This document shows, in pieces, positions 36,446 through 50,445 of a stretch of DNA of 64,000 nt. The notes beneath the pieces are model-generated. The model was not told where the DNA came from. It made no database searches and saw only the letters and a program-made list of their open reading frames with translations. The DNA comes from Malacoraja senta. Lineage: Eukaryota. Position 1 is the stretch's first letter. Each line of letters opens with the position of its first letter. The DNA is taken from positions 4,154,001 to 4,218,000 of the forward strand of contig CM075988.1 in NCBI GenBank assembly GCA_038087875.1. The letters run 5' to 3'. A program made the position numbers and the translations under genes.

Positions 36446-37747
36446 ACCTCAGGTTGGTTTGCATGTTCATACTCTTGTGTGGTCCAAAACCACAAACTTC
36501 TTGCATCATTTTATGTTGGAAATTAGGTAAATAATTTGCATGCAGATTTACATAATTAACATTCAAATATGACCTTGGCTCAAGTATTGATGCTGGGATA
36601 ATGGTGCCAAGTAATGGCAAAAGCAGAACCCTGAGCAAAGGATTTTGTTGTACTGCAGTATTGTGTAGTGAGTCAAGTCTGGTCGTCAAGTACTGTATGT
36701 TATCATTTGCACAAGTACGTGGAGATGCAGGAACAATGAAGATCTTGCTTGCAGTAACATCACAGACACATAGACTCAGACAACACACAGATCATACATA
36801 CATTATATGTAAATTCCACATACATTCCATGAGATATTGTAAAGAAAAAGACTATACAAAACAAGAACAAGACGTTGCAAAAATACACAATTAGAAATAG
36901 AAATAGAATAGAAGGATCAGGGTCAAATGCAAGGCGGTGGGACTAATGTAGATGGGACATGTTGGCCGGTGTGGGCAAGTTGGGCTAAAGGGCCTGTTTC
37001 CACGCTGTAAGACTCTGTGACTCTATAACATTGTAAATACATGATAGTGCAAAAGATGGCCCATGGTGTTATGTTGCTGAGGTACGATGAGGGTACTTAA
37101 AATACCTGGGAGTTAGTAGAAAGAGCAATGGTATATTGAGGATCTGGGTGTCATTGGGAATGTGGTAGGATTTTTAAATAACGTTTGAAAGTGGTTTAGT
37201 TCAATCTAAAACCACTATCTTAGATCCACTAGCTACAAATGCATTAGGCAAGGGTTAGGCCTGGTGGGTTGGGAGGATTTAATAACCAACAGTGGCCAAC
37301 TTGTAAAGAATTTATGCATAGATTACAAGTGATTATACTGTATATCGCTTGCAAATAAACGAAGTAAAAATTGTTCAGCAGTAGATTAAGAAGAAAAATT
37401 ATAGATCGTATCAAATCAAAGGAAATTGGTCGTTACATTGTCAGTAAAAATAAAGCATAAACTTGTGGACAGGAAGATTTCAGATTTCAGCAAAAGCTGA
37501 CCAAATTATTGATAAGCAATTGTAGAATACATGTGTAGTGCAAAGATAAACATATGAAAGGGGTATAAGAACTTCTATGGATTATTTAAATGTAGATTAA
37601 CAGAAGTTAATGTTGAAAGAGATTGGAGAAATCATAACTCGAAGAGAAGCACAGTGATGCAAGGGGCGGCCAAGTGGCTCAGCTGGTACAGTCACCACCC
37701 CACAGCTCCATAGACCCAGGATCAATCCTAGTGAAAGTGTCATCACA

Positions 37748-38041
37748 GGGTGGCACGGTGGCATAGCGGTAGAGTTACTGCCTTACAGCACCAGAGATCC
37801 AGATTCAATCCTGACCCCGGGTGCTGTCTGTTTGGAGTTTGCACATTCGCAAGGTGCTCCAGTTTCCTCCCATTTCACAAAGATGTGATGGGTTTGTGAG
37901 ATAATTAGCCTCTGTGAAATTGTCCCTCGGGAGTGGATGAGAAAGTGGGATAACACAGAACTAGTGTGAAGAGGTGATCAATGGTCAGTGTGGACTCGGT
38001 GGGCCGAAGGGCCTTTTTCCGTGATGTATCTCTAAACTAAA
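37748..38041 (+). mobile_element. HE1-like SINE
   Basis: A box, degenerate B box and CR1-type tail. Confidence 0.8.
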
Positions 38042-38369
38042 TTAGAGACAATGGGTACAAAGGCGATGGCAGAGAAAATAAACACATATTTTGTGTCCAC
38101 CTCCATGAAGTAGGTACAGAAAAAAACTCTCAGAATTACTAAACAGGTAACTACAACTAAATGAGGAGCTCAAAGAAAATATTATTAGCAAAAAATATGC
38201 ATTGAAAAAATGAATGGGAGTATGAGGCATCAAAACGATAGGGTGTTGTGTGCTGCCTCCTGGGAATGTGGAAGAGGTGATGATGGAGTTATTGGAAACA
38301 TTGGTCACCATCTCAAAAACTGTTCCCATGGATTTGGAAGTGACCAATATTATCCTATTGTTTAAGAAT

Positions 38370-38696
38370 GGGCGGCACAGCGGCACAATGGCAAGGTTAT
38401 TGCCTTAACTGCACCAGGGACCCTGGTTTGATACTGACCGTGGATGCTGTCTGTAGGGAGGTTGTACATTCTCCCTGTGACTGCGTGGGGTTTCTCCGGA
38501 TGCTCCAGTTTCCTCCCGTATTCCAAAGATGTGCAGGTTTGTAGGTTGATTGGCGTCTGCAAATTGTCCCTAGTGTGGAGGATAGAACTGGTGTACGCTG
38601 GTCGGCACATACTCGGTGGGCCGAAGGGGCTGTTTCCACGCTGTATCTCTAAACTAAACTAAACTAAACTAAACTAAACTAAACTAAACTAAACTA
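38370..38696 (+). mobile_element. HE1-like SINE with long (TAAAC)n tail
   Basis: Body and about 9 TAAAC repeats. Confidence 0.85.
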
Positions 38697-38882
38697 CAGG
38701 ATGGAAAGAGGAAAGAAAAATCTTTGTCCTATATGCCTGACATCAGTTGAAAGACAAAATGCAAGAATGCAATATGAATGAAGAGATAACTGTGCATTTA
38801 GTTAACAAAACTGGGTGCATGTAAGGGAATACATTTGACAAATCTATGGCAAATCTGTGGATAACCTTGAATTATTTTCTCA

Positions 38883-39733
38883 CTGACAACACCACTGTGG
38901 GGACGAGTCAGAGTATAGAAGTGAGATCGACCGACTGACCAAATGGTGCCAGCACAACAACCTGGCTCTCAACATCAGTGAGACCAAGGATCTGTTTGTG
39001 GACTTTGGTAGGGGAAGAATGATGACCCACAATCCTGTTCATATCAATTGGACGATGGTGGGGAGGGTCAATAACTTCAAATTCCTGTGCGTGCATATTT
39101 CCAAAGATCTTTCCTGGACCCAGCACACCGATGCAATTATAAAGAAGACATCAGCGATTCTACTTCCTGAGAAGATTACGGAGATTCGGCATGTCGAAGA
39201 GGATTCTCCTAAACCTCTACAGGTGCACGGTGGAGAGCATTCTGACTGGTTGCATCGTGGCCTGGTTCGGCAACTTGAACGTCCAGGAGCGAAAAAGACT
39301 ACAAAAGTTGTGACCACTGCCCAGTCCATCACCGGCTTTGACCTCCCCACCGTCGAAGGGATCTATCATAGTCGCTGCCTCAAAAAGGCAGCCACAATCA
39401 TCAAGGGCCCACACCATCCTGGCTACACATTCATCTCACCATTGTCACCAGGAAGAAAGTACAGGACCCTGAAAACTATAAAGTCCAGGTTCAGGAACAG
39501 CTACTTCCCCACAGCCATCAGGCTATTAAACACAACAACGAATAAGCTCTGAGCTCTGAACTGCAAATTATATTATTATTGCACTGTATTTGTCATTTAT
39601 TGAACTTTTTCTTTTTTTTCTCCTCCCCCATTATGTACTATGTTTACTTATTCACATATTCTGTTGTGCTGCAGCAAGTAAGAATGTCATTGCCCCATCC
39701 GGGACATATGACAATAAAACACTCTTAACTCTT
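38883..39733 (+). mobile_element. Rex1/Babar LINE 3' fragment
   Basis: D.TTVG..ESEYR.EI..L..WC..NNLALN..KT, FKFL.VHIS.DLSW, FRNSYFPTAIRLLN remnants. Confidence 0.85.
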
Positions 39734-39749
39734 GGAACACCGTGATTGA

Positions 39750-40250
39750 GGGAAAATATATAAAATGATGAGAGGCATAGGTTGTGTAGAAGGTCAGAAT
39801 CTTTCTCGCAGGGTGGAAATGTCAAAGACTAGATGGCATAGATTCACGGTGAGCAAGGCAAAGTTTGAAGGAGATGCGTGGCCATATCTTTTGCACAGAG
39901 GATAGTCTGTGTCTGGAAGGCACTGCCAAGGGTGGTGGTGGAGGCAGATATAATAGCTTTAGACAGGCACATGTATGCACAAGGAATGGAGGAATATAGA
40001 TCATATATTTTGGAAGGAACTGCAGATGCTGGTTTACACCGAAGATAGACTCAAAATGCTGGAGTAACTCAGCAGGACAGGCAGCATCTCTGGATAGAAG
40101 GAATGGGTGACGTTTCAGGTCGAGACCCTTCTTCAGATCATATGTAGGCAGATGAGATGAGTTTATCTTTGTATCATATTCAGCACAGACGTTGTGGGCT
40201 GGAGAGCCTGCTCCTGTTCTGTACTGTTCTATGTTCTGTGTTCTCATATT
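39750..40250 (+). mobile_element. CR1 3' fragment with a Penelope-derived unit (about 40010-40137, minus strand)
   Basis: CR1 ORF-end remnants and an (TGTTC)-type tail. Confidence 0.65.
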
Positions 40251-40616
40251 TTGAGGTTCTAACTAATTAAATAAAAATGAGATAAGTAGTTGAGCTTTCA
40301 GAAAGTGCTCGATAAAGTGCCGCACAAGAGGTCATGTAATGATATTGGAATGTTTGGTATTGTGGGCGGCATAGATTGAAGACTAATTAACTGGGAAAAC
40401 AGAGATTTGGAGTAAATGATGGGGAAAAAACACAAAATTGCTGAGTATTCTAAGTAGAACAAAACACAAAAATGCTGAGTATTTTTAAGGATGAGAGCTT
40501 AGGAAATGTTGTTGCTCAGAGGCATTTGGATATCCTTGTCAAAAAAGTCACTGAACTCTACCATGCAGCAGTCAATGTGGAAGGCAAACGGTCTTTATTA
40601 CAGGAGGATGTGAATA

Positions 40617-40868
40617 CTTTAGACTTTAGACTTTAAAGATACAGCGCCTAAATAAGCCTTTCAGCCCAGCAAGTCAGCACCAAACTGTGATCATCCCGTA
40701 CACTAGCACTATCCTACACACTAGGGACAATTTACAATTATACCCAAGCCTAATAAACCTACAAACCTGCCCGTCTTTGGAGTGTGAGAGGAAAGCGGAG
40801 CACCCACAGAAAACCCACGCGGTCACAGGGAGAATGCGCAAACTCTGTACAGACAGCACCCGTAGTCA
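40617..40868 (-). mobile_element. HE1-like SINE, 5'-truncated
   Basis: Body and tail on the minus strand. Confidence 0.8.
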
Positions 40869-40872
40869 TGAT

Positions 40873-41181
40873 TGTATGTATGTGTGTGTGTATGTATGTG
40901 TGTATGTATGTAAGTATGTATGTATGTAAGTATGTATGTATGTATGTATGTATGTGTGTATGTATGTATGTATGTATGTATGTATGTATGTATGTATGTG
41001 TGTATGTATGTATGCATGTATGTATGTATGTATGTATATGTGTATGTGTGTATGTATGTATGTATGTATGTATATGTGTGTGTATGTATGTATGTATGTA
41101 TGTATGTATGTATGTATGTATGTATGTATGTATGTATGTATGTATGTATGTGTGTATGTGTGTATGTATGTATGTGTGTAC
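40873..41181. repeat. (TATG)n microsatellite
   Basis: Seen directly. Confidence 0.95.
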
Positions 41182-42821
41182 ATGCTGATCTTTTTGTGTA
41201 TTATATTGTTTAAAGAGTACTTTGTTTACATATCTGTTGTGCTGCTGCAAGGAAGAATTTCATTTTTCTGTTTGGGACATTAGGCAATAAAACACTTATG
41301 ACACTAATGTCCTTATCCCATTAATGAGTAAAGGAACCCCAGCTACTGAAAATATGAAGCCCAGTGTGGAATGTCCAGGTACCGAAATTCTCCACGGGGA
41401 TATAGAAAGGATAAACTGCTGGGCAAGGACCAGCAGATGGAACATAAGATGGGAAAAGTATGTGGTAAAAAAATAGATAGGATCCATATTCCTTTAAGTG
41501 GAATATTTGCAAGCTGGTGCAACTCAGAGGGATCTGGCGGATCTTAAAAAAACATGTCACTGAATAAGTTGAAGGAACAGCAAGCAATTCTGAAAGAGAT
41601 CTTTTGCTCCAAATATATGGGGCCCTGGCAGCTTGACATTTAGTTTAGAGTTGTGCGGTGCAGTGTGGAGACAGGCCTTGCACAGTCCAGCTACTAGTTC
41701 TGAGCTGAAGACGGAAGAAGGCCATTGATTACGATGATTGGACCTCAGATACCAGCCTGAGGAATTCCCACAGTGACCTCCTAGGGCTGGAGTGAATGGT
41801 CTCCAAGAACCGCTACCTTTGTGTAGGTTTAGGTTTTGGGTTTTTATATTTGTCATGTGTACCGAGGTACAGTGAAAAGTTCCGTTTTACATGCTATCCA
41901 TTCAGGTCAGTTAATACCACACACAAATACAATCAAGTCAAATTCAAGTATAATAGATGGAGCAAAGGAAAAGATACAGAGTGCAGAATACAGTTCCCAG
42001 CATTGTAGCACACCAGTTCCATTGACAAAATATATCTCTCTACATCATCATCTATATCTCTCCTTTTCCTCTCCTGTGACTTTCAGTCTGAGGAAGGGTC
42101 ACCACCCGAAACGTCACCCATTCCTTCTCTCCAGAGATGCTGCCTGTCCCACTGAGTTACTCCAGATTTTTGTGTCTAGTTCCATAGACCAAGTCCAATG
42201 TCTGCAATGGGGAAGAGGCGTATTAGACTGCATCCTAGCTTGTGGATGGACCATTCAGTAGCCTGATAACAAAGGGGAAGGAGCTGTTCCTGAGCTTGCT
42301 GGAGCTCATTTACGAGCTTTGGTATCTTATGGCCAAAGGAAGTTCTTCATTTATGAATGTACTCACGTACAGATTACTAGCAGGAATAGGCCACTGACCC
42401 CACACGGTACCACAACTTAATAAGATCGGGCTGATCTGGAGATGCCCCAGTATCCTTTCACTCCTTTCCTGTTGAGTATCAATCACCCCTGCCTTAAATG
42501 TATGATGCCCCCACTGCCCATTGAGGAAGAGAATTTGAAAGGCTGATGACCTTCTGAGAGATAAGCAGAGAATGCTGGAAGCACTCAGCAAGTTAGGCAG
42601 CACCTGTGGAAAGAGAAACAGAGGTGGTGCTTCAGGTCAAAGATCCTTTAACAGATCAGAAAATGTAGGAAAACAAGTTAGTTTTGCACATATAACTTTA
42701 GCTCACCATCTCATTGTGATATATCTGTCTGTGGCCTCCTGCACTCAGTAAATTTCAACATACATTTGAATAACTGCTCTGTATCTTCTCCCTGGACGAG
42801 TTGCAGCTTCCAACTTTTTAG

Positions 42822-43099
42822 CTTAGTTTAGTTTAGTTTAGAGATACCGCGCGGAAGAAGGCCCTTCAGCCCACCGAGTCCGCAACGACCATAGAATTAA
42901 CACTTTTCTACACACACTAGGGACAATTTCCATTTATACCAAGCCAATTAACCGACAAACCTGTACATCTTTGAAGTGTGGGAGGAAACAGAAGGTCTCG
43001 GAGAAAACGGTCACAGGGAGAATGTACAAACTGCGTACAGATCAAACCCGGGACGCTGGCGCTGTAAGGCAGCAACTCTACCGCTGCGTCACCGTGCTG
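42822..43099 (-). mobile_element. HE1-like SINE
   Basis: Head, body and tail on the minus strand. Confidence 0.8.
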
Positions 43100-43330
43100 C
43101 ACTCACACACTGTGCAGTTTAGTATAGTTTAGTATGGTGTAGTTTAGTTTATTTTAGTTCAGTTTAGTTTTGTTTATTATTGTCATGTATCGAGGTACAG
43201 TGAAAAGCTTTTCCTTGCGTGCTATCTAATTAAATAAAAAAACGTAAGTGATTACAATGAATCTGTCCACAGTGTACAGATAAAGAATACACGGTACAAC
43301 ATTCAGTGCAAGATCAAGTCCGATTAAACA

Positions 43331-43780
43331 AGGATGTTGCTAGGACTCAAGGGCCAGAGCTATAGGGAGAGGTTGAGCAGGCTAGGACTCTATTCCTTGG
43401 AGCACAGAAGGATGATGGGTGATCTTATAGAGGTGTACAATATCACGAGAGGAACGGGTCGGGTAGACGCACAGAGTTTCCTGCCCAGAGTAAGGGAATT
43501 GAGAACTGGATGACATAGGTTTAAGCTGAGGGGAAAAAGATTTAATAGGAACCTGAGGGTGTAACTTTTTCACACAAAGGGTGGTGGGTGTATGGAACGA
43601 GTTGCCGGAGGAGGTAGTTGAGGCAGGGACTGCTAAGAAACATTTAGACAGGTACATGGATTCGACAGGTTTGGAGGGATATGGGCCAAACGCATGCAGG
43701 TGGGACTAGTGTAGATGGGACGTAGGTTGGTGTACAACGTGGGCCAAAGGGCCTGTTTCCATGCTGTATGACTCAATGAC
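43331..43780 (+). mobile_element. CR1 3' fragment
   Basis: RML.GL...SYRERLSRLGLYSLE.RRM.GDLIEVY, FFTQRVVGVWNELPEEVVEAG. Confidence 0.85.
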
Positions 43781-44341
43781 GCTAAGGATAGTTCAAAGGT
43801 CTCCAATGAGGTAGATGGTAGACCACGACCGTACTCCTGCTAGTGAGATGACCATTCAGTTGCCTGATACCAGCTTGGAAGAAACTGTTCTTGAATCTGG
43901 TAGTATGTATTTTCACACTTCTGTGCCTCTTGCCTGATGGGAGAGGGGAGAAGTGGGAGTGATCGTGGTGAGAGTGGTCCTTGATTATAATGTCTCCAAA
44001 GTGGAACTGACTCGCTTCTTTTTCCACAGATGGATAAACAAAAAGGCTGGAAAAACTTGGATAGTTTTCTCTGGAGCATCGAAGACTGAGGGGAGACCTG
44101 ATAGAAGTATTTAAACTTATGAGAGGCTTGTATAGGGTAGGCATTCAGAACCATTTCCCCATGGTGGAAATGTCAAAGACTAGCGGACATAGCTTTAAGT
44201 GAGAGGGGCAGAGTGTAAAGGAGATCTGGGGGGGGCAATTCGTTTACACAGAGGGTGGTGAGTGCCTTGAAAGTGTTGCCAGTGCTGCATCATGAGCTGC
44301 CAGTGCTGCAACATCAGCATCGGAGGCATCATGAGCGTGGA

Positions 44342-44746
44342 ATTTAGACTTTACACTTTAGAGATACAGCACAGAAACAAGTCCGTCAGCACGCCAAGTC
44401 CATGCCACCCAGCGATCACCCATACGCTAGCACTAAACTACACATTAGGGACAAGTTACAATTTTTCCAAAGTCAATTAACATACAGATCTAAAATAGTC
44501 ACACAAAGCTGGAGTAACTCAGCAGGTCCGACAGCATCTCTGGAGAAAAGGAATAGGTGATGTTTCGGTTGAGACCAAAAACTGATACGCTTTTGGAGTG
44601 TTGGAGGAAACCGGAGCACCCAGAGAAAACCCACGCAGTCACAGGAAGAATGTAGCAAACTCCGTACACAGAGCACCCGTAGTCAGGATCGAACCCAGGT
44701 CTGTGGCGTTGTAAGGCAGCAACTCTACCGCAGCGCCACTGTGCCA
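44342..44746 (-). mobile_element. HE1-like SINE with an embedded Penelope-derived unit (about 44500-44585)
   Basis: SINE halves are colinear around the insert. Confidence 0.75.
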
Positions 44747-44877
44747 CGTTCAGATAGACACATGGATACGTAGAGAATGGAGGCATATGGATCACGTGCG
44801 GGCAGAGAAGATTAGTTTAACTTGGCACCACGTTTGTCATGGACATTGTGGACTGAAGGGCCTGTTGTGCTTCTCTA

Positions 44878-46730
44878 TGTTGTATTGTATATCTTTATTG
44901 TCATTTCCTGAGTATTCGCATACCCAGAGGAAACAAAAAAACGTTCCTCAACCAGTGTCCATTTCAGTGTGCAGTAAAAAATAAATAGAAGTAAAAATAC
45001 ATATATCATGAACAAATTAACACTCTACTCTCTACTAAACATCAACAGGCGTTCCGATCGGCAGTGGCACGACAGTGGCTCTGCTGCAGTGTGTCCAGGT
45101 TGGTGGTTGGTGCACGATACTTTGGCAGGGGGGCAAAGTCCGTTTATCAGTCTTATAACCTGCGGGAAGAAGCTGAGGAGCATCCTGCTGGTTTTGCACC
45201 TAATGCTCCGGTACCTCTTCCCAGATGGCAGGATGGAGAATATGTAATGCGATGGGTGGTAGGGGTCTTTGATGATGGAGATGGCTCTGCTGATACATCT
45301 CTTCCTGTATATGTCCAGCAGGAAAGGGAGTGGAGCACCAATAATCCTGCTGGCGGTCTTCACAATCCTGTCTAGTTGGTGCCGTTCGTACGCCTTGCCA
45401 GGCGCCCGAACCAGGAAGTGATGCCGTAGGTTAATGTGCTCTCGATTGTCCCCCTATAAAAAGTTCGTAGGTGTGTAGTGGGGAGACCTGCTTTACGTAG
45501 TCTTCGGAGAGGGTGTAGTCGCTGCTGGGCTCTCTTGACCAGTGCTGTGGTGTTGGTCGTGGACGTCAGGTCATCTGACAGGTGGAGTCCTAGGAACTTC
45601 ACGCTGTTGACCCTTTCCACATCAGCTCCATCGATGTGCAGAGGTGTATGGTGTTGTTTTCCCACCCTCCTGAAGTCAACCACCATCTGCTTGGTTTTTT
45701 CCACGTTGAGAATGAGGTTGTGGGATTTGCACCATCCTGTGAGCAGCTCCACCTCCATCCTGTACGCCGACTCATCATTGTCACTGATGAGACCCACCAC
45801 TGTTGTGTCATCAGCGAACTTGTTGATGAAGTTGTTGTTGAGTCTAGCAGTACAGTCGTGTGTTAGCAGACTAAACAGCAGGGGGCTTAGGACACAGCCT
45901 TGGGGCGAGCCAGTGCTCACGGCTATGGTTTTTGATGTCCTACTGCCTACCCTGACTGTCTGCTGCCGTTGCGATAGAAAGTTCAGGACCCAGTTACATG
46001 TACCAGCATCAACCCCCAATAGCTCTAACTTCTCCACCAGCTGCTGCGGAATGATTGTATTAAAAGCAGAGCTGAAGTCTATGAAGAGGATCCTGGCATA
46101 AGTATTTTTCCGATCAAGGTGTGACAGTACGAGGTTCAGTGTTGTTGAGACTGCGTCCTCTGTGGATCGGTTGGCTCTGTAGGCGAACTGCAGTGGGTCT
46201 AGGTCGGCAGGTAGACTATTTTTGATATGCTGCATAACCAGTCGCTCAAAACACTTCATTACTATGGGTGTTAGAGCCACTGGTCGAAAGTCATTATGGC
46301 AGGCTGGGTTTGGTTTCTTCGGGACAGGGACGATGGTGGCACTCTTAAGACAGTTGGGCACTACTGCCTGGCTGAGCGAGATGTTAAAAATGTCTGTGAA
46401 GACATCTTTCAGTTGCTCGGCGCAGTCTCTTAAAACGCATCCAGGAATGTTGTCCGGCCCTGCAGCTTTGCGTGGGTTGAGGCTGGCAAAGGCCTTTTTA
46501 ACTCCGGCTGCGGACAGCCTGAGCGACTGGTCACTGGGAGATGGCAGTAGTGCACGTGTCTGGGTGGTGTTTCCAACCTCAAACCGTGCCTAGAACTCGT
46601 TCAGTTCATCTGGTAGAGAGGGGTCATTTTGGCATATCCGCAGCGGGGGAGGGGCTTGTAGTCAGTGATGGTATGAAATCCCTGCCACAAGCGACGTGTG
46701 TCTTTGTCATTTGCGAAGTGGCTATTAAGT
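44878..46730 (-). mobile_element. Rex1/Babar LINE, 5'-truncated, RT domain largely open
   Basis: ORF 45372-46361: [45 protein letters not shown]; continues by frameshift into 45025-45363 (LPSGKRYR...SFFPQVIRL). Confidence 0.93.
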
Positions 46731-46750
46731 AATGTTCTATACGTTTTTCT

Positions 46751-47060
46751 TTAGTTTAGTTTTGAGATACAGCATGGAAACAGGTCCTTCGGCCCACCGA
46801 GTCCACACCGACCAGCGATCCCCACACATTAACATTATTGTACACAAACTAGGGACAATTTTACACATTCCCTAAGCCAATTAAACCTACAAACCTCTAC
46901 ATCTTTGGAGTGTGGGAGGAAACCGAAGATCTCGGAGAAAACCCACACAGGTCATGGGGAGAACGTACAAACTCCGTACAGATAGCACCCGTAGTCGGGA
47001 TCGAACCAGGTCTCCGTCACTGCAAGCGCTGCAAGGCAGCAACTCTACCGCTGTGCCACC
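46751..47060 (-). mobile_element. HE1-like SINE
   Basis: Head, body and tail. Confidence 0.85.
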
Positions 47061-47259
47061 ATCCTCTATGACTTACCGAGTGACCCATTATTTATAACTA
47101 CAGCTCCTCGTTCTCGATCCTCCCATTACAGATAAGATCCCCTCCCCATTCATCCTGTCATGACCCATCATGCTTTTATGTTTCGTTCAAATGTCCATCT
47201 AGTCTTCTAAATGCAGCAGGATCAATCCTCTCCGGTGCGATCAGTCGTGTAGTGAACCT

Positions 47260-47560
47260 GTGGCACAGTGGCACAGCGGTAGAGCTGCTGCCTTACAGCA
47301 CCAGTGACCCGGGTTCAATCCTGACTACGGGCACTGTCTGTATGGAGTTTGTACGCTCTCCCTGTCACCGGATGGGTGGATTTCCTCTGGGTGCTCCGGT
47401 TTCCTCCCACACTCCAAAGACGTGCAGCTTTGGAGACTAATTGGCTTGGTAAAATTGTAAATTGCCCGAGTGTGTGTAGGATAGTGCTAGTGTACGGGGT
47501 GAAAACTGGTCAGCACGGACTCGATGGGCCAAAGGGCCTGCTCCTGCGCCGTTTCTCTAA
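47260..47560 (+). mobile_element. HE1-like SINE
   Basis: Head, body and tail; head-to-head with the previous copy. Confidence 0.8.
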
Positions 47561-48496
47561 TGTTTCTCTAACCTACTGTATGTGCACATCGAACATATAA
47601 ATCAGACTGAACGGCTTCTAACATTAAATAAAGAGACGGGTACTATTTACAGTACTTCACATGTAATCTTGTACATACCCTGGATAGATTAAATTATAAC
47701 CTTTCAACTTTGGCATTCATTTCCCCCAGCAATAATGTCTAATGCTCTTAAAACTATTCCAATTAGATGCTGAAGATGCATCATAGCCTATTGTAATTCA
47801 TGCACTGGATATTTCAGGATTCTGCAATCTCTCCGTCGAAAGGTGTTTCTTTTTTTAATTTTTCTGCCAAAACTGATAATGTTACATCTTTCTACATTTT
47901 GCCAGAGCACCACTGTGTTCACTCAACTAATTTATATTCCTTTCCAGCCTCTTTATAACCACTTCACACCTTACGTCCCTTTCATTTTGCTAACATCAGC
48001 AAATTCAACAACCATGCCATTTGTGCCTTCATCCAAGTTATTTATGTGGTTATAAAAAGTTAAGGGCTCAGCAACGATCCCCATGGTACGCCACTCATTT
48101 CAGCTCGCCAACCAGAAAAAGGCCCTTTTACGCTTGCTGTTTGATTTCTGTTGGACAGACAGTCGTACCTCCGACACCGGGAGTTTTTATTCTGTACAAT
48201 AACCATTAATGTGGCACTTATCAAATGCTTTCTGGGTCTCTACTGTGTGTACAGTACATTCACTAGTTCCATGTTCAACCCAAGATAGACACAAAAAGCT
48301 GGAGTAACTTAGTGGGTCAGACAGCATCTCTGCAGAATAGGAATAGGTGATGTTTTGGTTCGAGCCCCTTCTTCAGACTGATGTTACTTCTCTCCAGAGA
48401 TGTTGCCTGAATCGCTGAGATACTCCACCATTTTGTGTCTATTTCCGGTTTAAACCGCCATCTGCAGTTCCTTCCTACACATTTTCCACCCGTATA

Positions 48497-48934
48497 CAAG
48501 CTGTCCTTGAGGTACATAGAAACATAGAAACATAGAAAATAGGTGCAGGAGGAGGCCATTCGGCCCTTTGTGCCAGCACCGCCATTCATTGTGATCATGG
48601 CTGATCGTAAGAATTACTTTCCATGAACCCTTACGAAAGTCAGATTTTACATAAGTTGGAATCACCATCCCCATACCCTGCCTGAAATAACTCACAGAGA
48701 GAGTATTAACTGTCCTGGCGGTGTCCAGCTGCGTCCAGGGCACTTTCTGTATCGTGTGGCCTTCTGGGTAAACACCACCGCCATTGCCAGCTTGTTTCCA
48801 ACGGAAACTTGAGTGATCGTACAGTGTTGTGAAAATTACAAACTGCCTTGGTTGCACCAGGGACTAATTCCAGGTTTGTTCACGTAAGTGTAAGTTTACG
48901 TTAGTCACCTGTTACGTATGTCGGGGAGTGTCTG
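48497..48934. mobile_element. Old Tigger/pogo-like non-autonomous DNA transposon, interrupted by a CR1 tail (about 48515-48606)
   Basis: TA on both sides; degenerate TIRs caagctgtccttgaggtac / gtatgtcggggagtgtctg; internal CGTAAG-type repeats. Confidence 0.4.
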
Positions 48935-49279
48935 TAGCCTCTTTTTTCCAAGAAACCATCCCTTTCTTATGCCTTAGTTTTAAGTTGAGTTTAGAGATAC
49001 AGTATGGAAACATTAGGCCCTCTGGCCCACCATGTCAGCACCAACCACTATCCTACACACCAGGGACAATTTACAATTGTTTTTCAAAGCCAATTAACCG
49101 ACAATCTGTACGTCTTTGAAGTGTGGGAGGAAATCAAAGCGCCTGGGGAAACAATTGGTTGGATTCATCGGTTCAATTTCATTTCAATATTTTTGTGAAC
49201 CTTAGAAGGCAGGAGGAAAATATGAAGTCAAGGTGCAAGGTAATGCATTTGGCATACCTCTCCAACAGAACACAACTGT

Positions 49280-49587
49280 GGGTGGCGTGGTTGCGCAGCA
49301 GGAGAGTTGCTGCCCTACAGCGCCAGAGACCCGGGTTCGATCCTGACTACGGGTGCTGCCTATATGTAGTTTGTACGTTCTTATTGTAACCGTGTGGGTT
49401 TTCTCCGCGATTTTGGCTGCCTCCCACACTCCAAATACGTGCAGGTTTGTAGGTCAATAGGTTTAGCTAAAATCGTAAATTTTCCCTAGTGTGTTCGACA
49501 GTGGTAGTGTATGGGGTGATCACTGGTCAGCACAGTCAGTCGGCCGAAGGGCCTGTTTCTGCGGTGTATCTCTAAACTAAACTAAAC
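49280..49587 (+). mobile_element. HE1-like SINE
   Basis: A/B boxes, body and tail. Confidence 0.85.
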
Positions 49588-49889
49588 CACATACAATCTG
49601 CAGTCTCACCAATTCGCTCCGCCTGGACTCAAGTCAAATCAAGTTGAGTTTATTGTCCTATGCATAGGCTTGCAACAACATCACAGACACATAGATTCAG
49701 CCAACACACGAAACATAAATTATAGATAAGTTATAGGAACATTCTACCAATCAATGAAAGAGAAAGATTGTGTAAAAACAAAAACATAATTGGAAAACAA
49801 ATAAAAATTAAATAGAAACATCACCTCAGGAAATAATGTTTTGATTGTCTTATCAAATGTATTAATGCTGTATAGAGACATAGAGGCAG

Positions 49890-50445
49890 GGAGTGATACA
49901 GTGTGGAAACAGCCCCTTCAGCCCAACTTGCCCACACTGACCAACATGTCCCAGCTACACTAGTCCCACCTGCCTGCGTTTGGCTCATATCCCTGTAAAC
50001 CTATACTATCCATGTACCTAAATGCTTCTTAAACATTGCAATAATACCAGCCTCAACTACCTCCTCTGGCAGCATGCTCCATGCACGCACCTCCCTTTGT
50101 GTAAAAAAGTTAGTCGTTAGATTCCTATTAAATCTTTCCTCCCTCACCTTAAACCAATGTCCTTTTGATCTCGATTTCCCTACTCTGGGCAAGAGACTCT
50201 GTGTCTACCCTATCTATCCACCTCATGATTTTGTACACATCTATAATATGCCCCCTCATCCTCCTGCAATCCAAGGTTTAGAGTCCCAGCATGCTCAACC
50301 CCACTACATAGCTCAGGTCCTTGAGTCCTGGCAACATCCTGGTAAATCTCTGCACCCATTCCAGCTTGACACCATCTCTCCTACAACAAGATGCCTAGAA
50401 CTGAACATGATACTCCAAATGCAGCCTCACCAACATCTTAACTAA
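49890..50445 (-). mobile_element. CR1 3' fragment
   Basis: ORF 50001-50192 (FFTQR.V.AW..LPEEVVEAG) and a CR1 tail. Confidence 0.85.

Noticed and set aside
45478..46101. Antisense ORFs over Rex1, CR1 and Tx1 (also 52247-52771 and 33230-33802)
   Set aside because: Shadow frames of the retroelement coding strand.
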